A DNA stretch of 64,000 nucleotides, from NCBI GenBank assembly GCA_000182565.2, contig KQ257472.1. One strand, 5' to 3'. The position numbers and the translations under genes are program-made. The notes under the pieces are model-generated. The model worked only from the letters and a program-made list of their open reading frames with translations, was not told where the DNA came from and searched no databases. Source of the stretch: Spizellomyces punctatus DAOM BR117. Its lineage: Eukaryota. Shown one piece after another: positions 11,662-25,394 of this stretch (positions within the stretch are counted from its first letter, which is position 1; the number at the start of each line of letters is the position of its first letter).

Positions 11662-13312
11662 TTACTGCGCTTCACGCCATGGATCTTCTGCATCTGAAGA
11701 TGGCGCGACTCTCGCGTCTTGATCTCCGGCGGTTGGCTCCAGTGGCGGTGCAGTATTTTCCGCTGAAGGACTCATGGTGGTTGCCGGTGATAATTCGGGT
11801 GTCACTTCTTTGCTGCTCACTGGACCAACTGGACCATTGGCGGCCGAATGCCAAGCATCGCGTTCAGTCTGCAAGGCTTCGAGCTGGATGCGCAGGGCGT
11901 CCCCTTCAGCCCTAAATTTGGCAAGCTCTTCATTGACGTTGTTAAGATGCTCCCGTAAAGCCTTACGATCCTCTTGGACTTCCCGTAAAATAGCCCCTTC
12001 TTTCTCCATGTCTGCAACCTTCTCCTCGGTACTAGCCAACTGTGCTCGTAACTTGATTAACTCATCATGGGCTTCGGCTAGTCGTCGTTCAGCATCATCC
12101 GCCCGCGCCTTTAGTGCATCCCGCTCAGTCTGCAGAGCAGAAAGTACACTTTCTACCTTATCAGCTCCACCCTTCAACTTTTCTGGTCCCGGCGCCGGGG
12201 AAGCGACAGGGGTCACCGGACTTGTCGTTGTCGTCTTGGCCGTGTCGGCGGCCAATGGATCCAGATTCAGAACTGCCAAATCCTCCTGTACACTAGCTCG
12301 GATATCTTTTTCAACGTTCTGCATTTTTCGCCATACAGCGTCTTCCATTTTCGTTTGGAATCGCTTCTGTATGTCATCGAACCGCTGGAGCATTGTAGTT
12401 TGCAGATATGCGAATTGTTCATGGATGGCTCGCACTTCTCTGTCTCGAGTTTGTCCTACTTGTTCCAATGCTTTGAATCGACTTTCAAGGACCTCGAGAG
12501 AACTGCGGACTGGAGATCGGTCAGTATATACACTGTGCGGCGAGGTCGGAGGCAGACTACCATCTGTATCTTTTAGTGTTGTCCCCATAGTTTTCTTCAG
12601 ATTTTGGAGCTTCGCCTGTGCAAGAACGATTGGCAACCCGTTGTATACACAAAGTTTCAAAATCTCAATTCTCACATACATCCCGCCACTTCGTCACTAA
12701 AGGATCGATTCCATGTAATCTATCTGGAAAAGTGGACCTTTTAGCCGTTACGATGCGATAACCAATACTTTTCGGATCCATGTTCACTGACCAATTTCCT
12801 CTGCCAAAGTTCGCCCTTTGAAAAACTTTTGAAACTTTTCCTACAGAACGCGAACAAAATCAGCGCCGTCCTTACATCCAGTAGATGTTATCCCAACAGG
12901 GTGCTAACCACTTGATCATTCGGAACCTCCACTTCAAAACCAAACTCTTCCATTGATTCTGAGAACTTCATTTCGCAGCGTGTAGCAGCGAATCCTCTTT
13001 CAAAGATCCTATTGGAGGAGGGTAATTCCCATCAACAGTCTGTCATCTTGTTGGACATGTCAATGGTGTGCTAACGAACGCGTATAGAGAGGCCTCCATT
13101 TCTTTCCAAGCTATCCATCCCAATTTGCTTCGCACTAGGAAATGCATGCAGCTTGTTTCCGCGCCTGGTAGTGCTTCTTCAACCTCTTCGAGAGGCGTGT
13201 CGTCCTCCTGTTGGGGGCTGGTTGGACTTTCGGTTGCATCGGGACTAGCCACCTCAGTGTCTTCTGCTTTGTTATGGTCCCCGCTGCTAACAAAACCAAA
13301 AATACTGGCCAT
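11662..13312 (-). CDS. Hypothetical multi-exon coiled-coil protein
   Basis: Large terminal exon with heptad-rich sequence (LQTERDALKARADDAERRLAEAHDELIKLRAQL). Small in-frame upstream exons at about 12680-13010 and 13070-13312. The start codon is uncertain. Confidence 0.55.
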
Positions 13313-14534
13313 CTTGGCAGTAGAATATGGATATGATATCCTCGTCAACATGGAACATTAGGTATTTCAAGAGCGTGTGTGTGGCTGTGCTGATTACCTC
13401 AGCGTATTTGCCTATCGCAAATGCACGTCCTCCTCAGTAACCCACGCACATACCCACAGTGGTTTACCCTCCATGTGAGTTCCCTAGCAATAGCACAGTA
13501 TTTTGAGACCAACGGTGCCTATTTTGGACAATCAACATGTGCACGGCCTAGCCATGCTTTGTTACGAACCACTCCGGGGCCGGGCGATCTACAATGCAAG
13601 CCTTAATACTGGCGCCGAGAACAGTATGTCCACCTTCACCCCCCGCTTAATCGTATACCTCCTATTTCCACGAGGAGAACTTCCGCATAATGGAGTGAGG
13701 ATCTAAAGTCTCCAAGTCTCCACTCAAGAATCGAAGAATTGTGCCCATAGCGCTGGTTTCTCTTTGTAATCCGGATATTAGATGCTTGTCTGCGAAAGGG
13801 ATTCGAATCATCATTTTTGTGCATTTAAAGGCGATGGTAGACTGTACGCAATGCTTGCTCAACGTCAGGAGACAAAAAACAGCTCTCGGGGGACGCTTGG
13901 TCGTCTTGCAATGTTGAACAGCTTTCACTCAACATATTTGTAGCAACAACTTCGAGCAGATAAGTTCCCGGACTCCGTCATTTCGGTACTTCTCAAACGT
14001 GTAAGGTATTAATTCTGGTAAAATATGGAGAATACGTGAAGGAAAGATGTTCTGTTGATTTGACCGTTTACAAAAGTATTTTTCTTTAGCCCACTTTTAC
14101 ATGGAAAGCGCCATCAACACGGAGCCAAATTGCAGAGTCCACATATTACTTGGAGCCATTTTTATGCGACTGCCATGGCTTGCGAAAACTGCAGAACGGG
14201 GCAACATGCTTTACGGATATCCCAATATGAAAATACGGTGTGTGGCAACATGCAGGTCGGCGATGCTTACCTAAGCCCTCCGATCATCCTCGAATGCAGA
14301 CAGATACCTGTACGTCCATTATAAACAATCTTTCTGTGCACTGTATCTCAGGCATCAAAATGTGTCCTGCTGCATGTGTTGTCACTCATTCTTGTCGCTC
14401 GTGGTACGTCGGACGGATTCGTCAAGAAACTCGTTCGTTGCAATTGCGGCTGGGAAGTGCACATTGTATCACGTGACTGGCGACTTGTAAGCCAAGCAGG
14501 TCACTTCTGCTCCAAACCGATCTTCGAGTAAACC

Positions 14535-16004
14535 ATGGCGGAACCAGTAGTCGTTGTCGGCCAACGATACAAAGTTACAACTTCATACCAACCGGCGCAT
14601 GGGGACGAAATTGTTCTAGCTCCTGGTCATATTATATCTGTCCTCCATTCGTATGACGATGTATGTTGGTCACACCTGATGGTTAAGTCTAGAGAGATCT
14701 TTACGTATTTCCTTTGTTAGGGTTGGGTGCTTGGGAAGAATGAGGTAACTTTAGAAACGGGGCTGTTACCAGGAAACTTCCTCGCTCCACTGGATGCACC
14801 GGAACCTTCCAGCACTAGCCAGCCTGAGAAGAAGGTTGCCGACAAGCGGAAATCTTCGATGCAAGCGCCACTTCCTGTTGAACAAGAGCCAGCAGAAGTA
14901 AAGCCGGCAAACGGCGCGGAAGCGTACGCACCGCATGAAGTGGCGGCCATTAAGGTGCCAGATTTTCCTAGCGGGCTAGCCGCGGGTCCCCTCCGTGCGC
15001 CATCCATTGGATCTAAGCCAAGTCGTGCCGAGCAAGAAGACGCTCGAAGAAAGCTGAGAGATACTACTACCCGACGAGGCTCGCGCTCAAAGGTGCCTTC
15101 CAACATTGGGGTTTTGAAGATTGCGGTTGTGGGAGACTCTGGAATCGGCAAGGTGAGGTTCTGGGTCGAGAACGATTGGTTACCTTGCGATAGCCTGTCT
15201 TGTGGCTTATTGGACACCTCCTGCAATTAGTCCTCATTGATCAAGTTGTTTCTCGGTTCAACGGAGGTGGTAGATAGTACCAGCCCAAAGCCCATTGAGT
15301 CATATACTGCCCTCCCTATCCTTCAAACCCTGGCATCCACTATTCCAGACAGCCACCTGCTTGCTGGGGAGGAAAAGCTCAACCTTACGTTTTTGGAACC
15401 CCCAGGGTTTGGCAGCTATACCGATGCGATGAGAATAATTCGGCCAACGGCAGACTATAACATTCTTCAATTCCAGCGCACCGATCGCGTCTTCGTCCGC
15501 GACAAACCGGTTCCCAGTGGGACGATTGTAAAGTTCTTAAATGCAGGGACCGGTGCCCATACCCACGTTGACATCTGTTTGTATGCTGTTCTGCATCGGC
15601 TGAAAGCTGTTGACCTCGAGTTTCTCCGACAATTGGCACCGAGTGTTAGCATCGTGCCCATTATCGTCAAATCCGATTCGCTATCGTCAGCGGAGGTCTT
15701 TGCGCTAAAGGCCTCTATTTTGGAGGAACTGTGGCGTGCAGGCATCGAGGTGTACGGCTTTGGACTCTCGCATGCTGAGCTATTGCAAATCGCTCAAGCT
15801 GGTGTATCCGGTGCTGTTCCATATGCAATCTCGGCATCAAAAGTCGCTCCCGCTGCAGGCGCAACGGATAATGATGATGCTTTCCATGGAGTAGTGAATG
15901 AGTTTGATAGCCTAAAGGACAACATTTTATACAACTATATCGGAGAGCTACGACAGCGCACATCGGAGAAGTTTATGAATTGGCGATCAACCAATCTTCC
16001 ATGA
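14535..16004 (+). CDS. SH3 domain fused to a divergent septin-family GTPase, 3 exons (14535-14660, 14721-15152, 15231-16004)
   Basis: SH3: YKVTTSYQPAHGDEIVLAPGHIISVLHSYDD|GWVLG..TGLLPGNFL. Septin: LKIAVVGDSGIGK|SSLI (G1), LTFLEPPGFG (G3-like), HVDICLY..HRLKAVDLEFLRQLAPSVSIVPIIVKSDSL (G4), VPYAI, LRQRTSEKFMNWR. Confidence 0.85.
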
Positions 16005-16076
16005 TGAATGTGGACATAATAAGATTTACTTTCACTGTGTTGCAAGCACAACATCCTTGCTGACAATATTGATGGC

Positions 16077-18474
16077 TTATCGATCAATATTTTTCTTGAT
16101 CTTCTTTTTTCGCGGTCTTAGCTTGTGCCCACATACTGGCCCTATATCCTCCATGTGCCACTCCTGTGCTACGACCTCCCATGGGTCATGGTGAATGATT
16201 ATGTCTGATGCGAGTTTCATCTCAGCGCCTGGAAGGTGAACGGAATGAGGATGTGTCCACAATTTGGAGACAAGCTGTTACAAACCGCCAGACTCGATTA
16301 ACTTGTTATATGCGAATCGTGCGAGCGCTCCATAGGAGGAGGATGAGTGGACTAGAACACGCAGAGATTGAAGAACTGTGGAGCTGCATAATTCTGCGGG
16401 ACACGGAACTGAAAATATAGTCAGTAAATTGGGACTCGTAGACGTTTGCAATGTTCAGCTCTCACCCTCAGAAACAAATGGTTTGAGTGCGCGTACAATC
16501 TGCTCCAAAGCGGTGACATTGTAGGATGATAATGCACTACCGAGTCTCAAAAGCAGGTGACATCTTCGCATGATCGGACGATGTCTAAGGTTTGAAGAAG
16601 AGGTTGGTGACTGCCAATGCCTTCCAATGCCTCAGTTGCGGACAGAAAGTTGCCTGGGATAAAGTGCCATGTGGCATAACGCTGCTGCCGCTTGAGTCAT
16701 GATGTGGTCTGCATATCTTTGAGATGAACTGACGGCAGCTTCCAACATAAATAAACCACAGGGACAAAGATCTAACCTTCATCATCCAATAGATGAAGCA
16801 ATGCCTGCGTGAGTGCTTCAGACAGGCTGTCTGGAAGCTCTTACAAAGGGCGTGTGAGACGTTCTCCAGAAATGCGAGATTTGGAGCAAATATACAAATA
16901 GAAACCTTTGAACGCGGTAATCCGACGAATGATTCCTACGGCTTCGGCACGGAGGTGAAACTCGGCCGAGGATAGCATATCTATTAACTTTCTGATAGCT
17001 TCTTCCTGCACGTCTCCTATCGGCTCAAACTCTGAAAGACAAGGCCATGTCAATGGGTGTTTGATAATAACTTGACAGATCCTTCAAATTTACCGATGAA
17101 TGGCGTGGGTGTTCTGAATGATATTGCGTCTTCTTCCGTGATATCCGGGCCTTCTTCATCTGAAACCGGTTGCGACGGAGGCAATTGCAATGCTCTTTCT
17201 GATCCTAACGATACTTGGGAAGACTCAACATCAGCATCTGAGATACAGAACACTTTAAATGATCGAAAATGTCCACCAACCTTTTGGGCCTTGCTTGAAA
17301 CTATTCACAATAAGGTTGATCTCAGCAACAACTTCACCAGCGATCGATGACTCTCGGTCAGTTTCCGGTTTCAATTTTTTTCTCAAGTGGGCGAGTCTCG
17401 TCACGACTTGTTTTCTGGCCTCTGAAGTACCATGATGCTTAGACAAGATAACTTTCCGAATTACTGTAACGGCCGGGAGAAGGGAGGCCATATTGTTTTG
17501 GTTCAGGATCTTGAGAAGACTACGCAGGCCGCCTCCTTCCTCGAAGATCTGAGCGAGATCAGCTGTACAGTGTAAGCTTGGTCGCATTTCAATTCCGCTT
17601 TAGGTTACTAAACTTACGTGAAGTGACAAGCTGAACCAAGGCCTGCAAAAGGGCTGACATCACCACGTCTTCTGGATGCTTTTGAAGCAAGCGCAAAATC
17701 ACATTCATTCCACCGTTTCTTTGGAAGCGGAAGCGGTTTTTATCTGGCAGTGATGAATCAGCTGCAAGGAGATCAAAGCCAGTCATGCTGATGCTTTCTT
17801 TACCGTTATTGGTTTGCCTTTCGATCAAGTTCAAAATCTTGACGGTGACTGAATTTGTTTGAACTTTCGTGGTATAGGGGTCGATCAGCCGCAGAAACGG
17901 GAAGAATTCATGCCGCTCCATAAATACATCAGCAAAATGCACTATAGAGTTGCTAGTAAGCATCTTGATATCTATCAATGTGATAATGCGAACAAACCTT
18001 CGCTCATTCGTTCTTTCAAAAATGGTAAAATCATCAACAGATCAGATTCGGTGGAGGAATCTAACCAGGCGACAAAGCAGTCAACCATTTGGACAACTTG
18101 ATTGTCCTCAAGATCTAGATTCTTTGATTAAGTCGGCATGTCGATCCCTGTCACGCCGGAACTTTACCGTGCGGCGAAATGTTTTGCAACGTCCGAAGGG
18201 CTTGAATGGGATCTCTGACTTCTTTTTCCGTTCCAATGGTCCATCGAACCAGATAGGATAGAAGAGAGTCAACAGCACCAAGCTTTACCGCATCATGCTT
18301 ATTGTCTTTGATGGAAAGCAGGTCAAGTTATGCTTTTAAACTTTGTAGAAAGGATTCATGCTCACTATCGGCCGCTAATGTGTCCTGAAGAAGGTGATAT
18401 GCTCGCTCTGCAGTTGGGTAATGCTCAGAACCAGCAACCAGGTTCAGAACGGTGTCAAGGGTTTCGTGAGACAT
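16077..18474 (-). CDS. Hypothetical multi-exon armadillo/HEAT-repeat protein
   Basis: ARM-like exons: NKHDAVKLGAVDSLLSYL; FQRNGGMNVILRLLQKHPEDVVMSALLQALVQLV; IFEEGGGLRSLLKILNQNNMASLLPAVTVIRKVI. Both ends are approximate. Confidence 0.55.
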
Positions 18475-18771
18475 CTAGGCGCAAGGTGACAATGCTTATT
18501 AGGGAGAATAAACAAATTATCAAGAGGCGGACAAGGCGAACATTTACCCCATATGAGTTTGATTCCAGGTTTTCTACATTATGCAAATCGTAATTTGGGG
18601 ACTTTTTGACAAAAACTCTGTAGAATATGCTATTCGATGTTGCTGCATGTCGTCCGAGGAGCTCCAGTAGCGTTGGGCGACCAATATCTAGGATGATATT
18701 TTAAACTATGCAGAATGCTTTCAGCAAGCAAAAGAATGTACAACAATATTACCTGCCCATTTTGGAGTTAG

Positions 18772-19685
<914 letters not shown>

Positions 19686-20161
19686 ACAAGCGAGTTGGTT
19701 GTGATGGTGCATCCATGCTTTTTTAAAAGGTTCGTAAATATCCAGGTGTTGCGACGGCATTTCGAAGAACAACAATCTGATTGCTGTCTCCTTCTATCTC
19801 TAGCAATATCTCAGGATGCATTTGATGTTTGATAGTTTCATTTTGTGTATATTGTTGATGTAGTACAATTTGCGTGAATACTCAATTCGTGTTCGGTATA
19901 ATTGGCACGGTATTATTGCATGGTGCGATTAGAACGTATCACAGGCCATCGCAAACAGCATGGAATACCGTCCGTATATTCTAGCGGAATCAAAAACTGT
20001 TTTATTATCCCACGATATCTGTCGTGAATATAATGCACCCCAGACTTCATACCCCATGTCTCTGTTTACATCAGTGGTCAGTTTCCCACCCTCATTCCAC
20101 AATATGTACAGGTTGAACCCCCGAAGGGAACATTCCGCTACTTAACGCACTTTGCATGAAG

Positions 20162-22198
20162 CTACACTGCTGGACACCCGTTACAACTTAAGGCAAGGTA
20201 CACTGCCATAGCAGACCCAAATAACATGACTGCCCAGTTCGTGGCGAGCCCGATGGGTCTGCCTCGGCCAATCGCGTCTGGCGAGAAGATTCCGTCTGGA
20301 AAATATCAGAGGATAATATTAAACATCCGAAACACACATCCAATGGTCCGACCAAGTAACTGAACCACTTACATTCTGTCTGCACAATGTTGCCAGCGAG
20401 GAAAGCCAAGGATAGAATGTGTAAAAGAGGGCGATACGCGCCAGCAAGTTCCAAAGCACACAGTAAAATCAAGTAGAGCGGAACGTTGGTTGAGAACGCA
20501 GTCCTGGCATCGTTGGCTCTCATGACGGTAAGATATTTTTTGAGTGCAGGGCTGTTCTCGGTGTGGAGGACGGCAGTAGTCTTTTCTGCGCGTCCTTCAG
20601 AGACCGTTGTGCGAGATACGACAACATCGCGAGAAAGCTCGCGGGAAAGTTCCGCACTACCATCTCCAACAAAAACTTTGGCACGGTTGCGGGCCATCCA
20701 AACACGCCTGTGAGCGACAATACGTGAGTACGTCTTTATGAGCGCAACAAACCTGCAATAATGTAACCTACCTAGCAAGCCACAAGAACCAAAGAGTTGA
20801 CAAGGCCGAGTAGAACGCGGTGACAGGAACGGGATTGGGGCCAAGCTGCGGGTATGACCATCGTCCATCCAATGATCTTGCACCGTAGGATTCATATCCT
20901 GGACGTTTTCTGGGTCCAACACATCCCAGGCATTCTGCGGCCTGTTCCGCCTTGTGTAATGCTCCCTTGAATCCTTCCTTCACCGACGAGATTCCTTCTT
21001 TGACATCATCCTTCACGCCTTCAAAGCTATCGCTGATACCTTCCTTAACACGCTCTGCCTTGTCCCGGACATTCTCCTTTGCATTGTTGACGCTCTCTTT
21101 TATGCGTTGCGCGGTTTCCTCAACGCTGTTTTTCACGCTGTCTGCAGCATTGTGCAGCGTTTCTCTGCCAGCTTCAGCAGCTTGTCGTACAGAGTCGCTG
21201 GCTTTTTCGACAGTGTTTCTGGCGCGTGAGGCGATTTGCTCCGCCGTCTCTTCAACCGTTTCGACGCCATCGTGGATTCGGTTACGGACATTCCCGAGAT
21301 TTCCGTGAACACGCTGCCGGGCCTTCTCATATTCATTTGTAGCGGTATCCTTGACATGGTCGTATTGGTTCTCAAAGGACTCCCTCCCGTGTTCATACTG
21401 CTCGTAAATTTTATCTTTAACGTTCTCCAGTTTCTCTTTGACATCTTCCAATTTCTTCACCGTGATATCGGCGGCTTTGTCTTTATTTACCCGGTAGCGT
21501 TTTCCGGCTTTGGATCTGAGATAGTTGTAGCGTTCTTCCGCGGACTCTTCCGCGTCCTCAACTCGTTTTTCGGCGCCATGAAGAGCATTTTCAAGCTTCT
21601 CTTTTGTCTGCTCGATACCGGACCACAGACGGTTCAGAACACCGCCAGCCTGATGAATAAAGAAGTAAACAATCTAGAGACGGTCGAAATTAAAAATTTA
21701 TACACAGGACCGTACCTTTTCCTGCACGACTTCGGCAGCTTCTTCACCTTCTTCCTTCAACCGTTCCGCCTCCCCAACCAGGTTGTTTTTGACTTGATAC
21801 GCTTTACGTCTCGCACTGTCTCCAATCTCGCGTACTGTATCTTTGGCTTCGTCGGCCCATTCAGAAGCGGCATATCTGTGGCCATGGGGATTCTATAGTT
21901 GAAAAGCGTGATTAAAATCCGTTCTTAATGCTCTCGCGCTCCGCGTCCTCACCTTGTCGTAATGATGCACGTGAACAATCTTTACGTTATCCTCCTGCGC
22001 TTCATTGGAGGCACTCGGCCCCAAGAAAAAGTGCTTTAGTTTTGCGACAATGCCTGGAGGACGGTGCTCTTGTTCAGGGAGGGGTCGACAACCATCCTCG
22101 TCACATATGTAATCATCCTCCGTTTCTCTTATTGTAGTGCGTTCGCGGTGATAATGGTGCACTGGGTGGCCGTGAGTTTCTTCGTGGGAGTGCGGCAT
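20162..22198 (-). CDS. Fusion of a His-rich N-terminus, an LEA/apolipoprotein-like amphipathic repeat region and a C-terminal MAPEG (YecN-like) membrane domain
   Basis: 11-mer-like K/E/A repeats (ENVRDKAERVKEGISDSFEGVKDDVKEGISSVKEGF). These are followed by PVTAFYSALSTLWFLWLAR|RVWMARNRAKVFVGDG..MRANDARTAFSTNVPLYLILLCALELAGAYRPLLHILSLAFLAG..GRPIGLATNWAVML. Confidence 0.7.
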
Positions 22199-22680
22199 TG
22201 TTTTTTTTTTTTTTTTTGCCTAGTCTTCGGTGCGGGGTTGTTGTCAACAAATGTTGTCGGTGGATATTATGCGAGAAGGGCTTCCTTAATTAAAACGTGG
22301 GATGGAAAGTGACGCAGCTCTCGTTGCTTCGTTTTCAAGTCGGATGGATTGCAGTGCGAGGGGACTTTGGGGGATATGCCTTCCTTTTATAAACCGCTGT
22401 GGTAGAAAGTTTCGGAGGGGTTCCTTAATTGTTATTGCATGTGTGTCCAGCATGACTGCATGACGGACCATGACGTCACGCGAGGCTAACCGCATCGCGT
22501 CATTCAAAGTCCGCCGCCAAAAACCATTCCAACGGCCTGCCAAACGATTTGCAACGTTCAAACAAGTATTGACCAAAAGAAAAAATAAAACAATATGATT
22601 ATAACCATTTACCAAAAAGTAAAAATATAAATCCGTATCCAAAAATACGGAAAGCCAAAATATAAAGACAAAACTATTGG

Positions 22681-25394
22681 CTATGAAAAACATTTCCCTG
22701 TCGCTTTTCCATTCTTATTTGGAGACCGCATTCCATGAGCCGCATGCCGCATGTAGAGCTCATCCTTACCAATAAAAATGAGAAGAGGTTAAAGAGCGAA
22801 AATCACATTGATAGTCTACGGCAGGATACCTTGAAATGAATATGTCTAAACAACAGGGTGATCAGACTTTGCTCAGATTCGGCATGTAGATTACGAAAAA
22901 CTCACCGAATGCCTGGAGGGCGCGCTTCTGCAAAGTACTGTAATGCTTGGGCAACGGTTGCACCAGTACGTTCAATGAGATAAGAGCAGATCATGAATCC
23001 GGTCCTAACCAACATGGTAAAGACAAAGTTTTGTATAGTATCTCTCCGTTGTATGGAAGTGCTTGTTAATTACAAACCTGTTGAACCCATAATGACAGTG
23101 ACTAAATCCAAAATAGCTTTTAATTTAAATGGGAGGCACAAATTGAAGAATAGAAGGGTTGTTTACTTACACCCCTACATGTCTGTCGGGATTCTCTCGC
23201 CAAAACTCTGCAACAATGTCATTGAACCGCGCTACTTCTTCTCGGGTTGGGGGGATTTTTGAGGTTGTTGCCAACTTTTGGTACCGACAAGTGGACCCTT
23301 CAAATGCTTCTGGAGCATATGGTGGTGCCTCCCGGGATATGTCAACTATCTATACGAGCAAAATTCAGTTCGAGGAACGGAGGATGCGTTGCGGCTCGTT
23401 TCCTACCAAACCAATATCAGGATGCCGTCGCATGAATTCTTTTGGTGTATGTACTGCGTCATCCTGTTTCATGGTCTTCATTGGGCGAAATAACTGCCAG
23501 GGACCATGATAAGATACTTTATCGACTGACTAGCACTGAAGCAGAGCGTACCGATGTTCTCACAGGAATTTCCGCCACAGGGGCGACTTTCTGCCATTTT
23601 GCATAGTTCCTAGAATCGCAAAAGTGTCACCAAACTGTCTATTTCGGTCTGCTCTTACGGAAATAGCTTACTTCAAGCTCCACTTCGATTTCGAGGGATT
23701 CTTCAACTGGAGCTGGTAGCTTAGATTCATCTACAGAGTATTAGGTCAGCGCGGCACAATTAAAGCACTAGGGAGACAGATCTAGTCGCGAAAGCACCTT
23801 TGCGAAATTGCATTCCATAAGCCAGTTGTATATGATGGCATTTACAACATCCGGTTGCTCCAACATGGCCTGATGGGCGGCGTTGGGAATCACAAATGGC
23901 TCAGCAACGTTGGCGGACGATGGAAGCCACGTATGAATGAGTTCAAGGTTCTCCTTAACCGGACAAACTAGATCTTCTTCCCCCCCTATCTGCTCAAAGT
24001 GAGTACCAGACCAGTATATCTATGAAAAAAGCCTTATATTACCAGTAGCACAGGACACTTTATGGTCGCATAAACATCGGATGATGCCCATTTTGCCTAA
24101 TAAGCGGTTGGATTTGTCAGCGTCTCTATAGCGACCAACGTACGAAATGCCGTCTCACCCCTTTGAAAACGCGCTTTGCAATGAATGTCGAGTGCTGCCT
24201 ATTCCACTCCAGCTGTCTTTTCCGGAGTTCCATCGAAGCTGACTGCCCGACTAGCCGATTCACAGATCGGGAATACACGCCCCCTCTTCGATCCAGATAC
24301 CGTAGTAAATCGATCAATGGGGTAGGAGTTGCGATAAATGTTTTCAGCTTCTCGAGGTCGCTCAAGGTGGGAGTGGCTTTGGGGCAGAGGAACACAATCG
24401 CCTTGATCATATCTTCAAATTGCGGGTAGAGATAAGTGGCAATATTGCAGCCGTAGGAGTGGCACACTAGCTATCATAATCAAAAGGACTTTCATTGAGT
24501 GCGTGAAAGGATTCAAAGCTTGAGATCAAAGTTCGTACAATGAAGGAATCCGCCTTATACTTGTATATGTCTAAAAGTTCCACGAGATCTTTTGTAATCG
24601 ATTCTATCGTGTAGGCTTCCTCACTGGAGACAACCAGTCGCCTTAGTAAAGACTAAAGACCTTAATGCCAATACCATGTACTTACGCGGTCACCTTTTCA
24701 CTCTGGTCCCATATGCCGAAAATCACATTAGCCTTTGCCGGGTTCTGCATCCTGCCCAATCGGGCGTTGACTTCCTTACCTTGCCATGCCCGACAAGGTC
24801 GACAGCCAGAACGTTGGAGATATGGGAAAAGTGCGCAACCTGTTCGCTCCACTGCCCTAACTACGAGAGTCCCTATCAGTAGGTTGCTTCTCATGACACT
24901 GTGACAATCTATAAAGCTGCTCGTTCAGCCCGAAACTCTGGTGAATGCGAGATCTGCCCGATTTTATCCCTCTCATACGACCAAGTCGACATATAGATGA
25001 CAGCAGCTTTGTTCCATTGATATCGGCGGTGTTGCTCACCTGGGCTCCCATGCCGTGAATGAAGACGATCAGTGGTAATTCGCGGCCAAGCTTATGTTCC
25101 ATAAACACGACTCGGAGCTCCTTTCCTCGCACGTAATGCCATTTCGTGTGTTTCGCGACCAACGGATCTTTTTGAAATGCTTGTCAACTTTTGCCTTGAT
25201 AAAGTGTCAACGTGCCATAGCTGGAAGAACGACAACCTACCGTCTTGGATTGTGGCCCGGCATGACGTTAATCTGTTTCTTCGGGCCAGATATGCCAATA
25301 GGATGCTAGCACCCAGGGTTGCGCATATTGTCGTTCCCCACTTTGTTATCAACGGATGTACATCTGTCGGCCACGATAGTAAGCGAGCCATCAT
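22681..25394 (-). CDS. Alpha/beta hydrolase (ABHD8-like) fused to a C-terminal cysteine phosphatase of the DUSP11/RNA-triphosphatase type, multi-exon
   Basis: Hydrolase: LIVFIHGMGAQ, CHSYGC, IGGEEDLVCP, AAHQAMLEQP. Phosphatase: [60 protein letters not shown]. Confidence 0.82.

Noticed and set aside
11774-12700. 308-aa plus-strand ORF
   Set aside because: Antisense shadow of the coiled-coil gene; Ser/Arg-rich with no domain features
21236-21898. 220-aa hydrophobic plus-strand ORF
   Set aside because: Antisense to the K/E-rich LEA-like exon; the hydrophobicity is a codon-complement artefact
22286-22693. 135-aa Phe-rich ORF over an A-rich tract
   Set aside because: Low-complexity U-rich 3'UTR/intergenic sequence directly after the hydrolase-phosphatase stop codon
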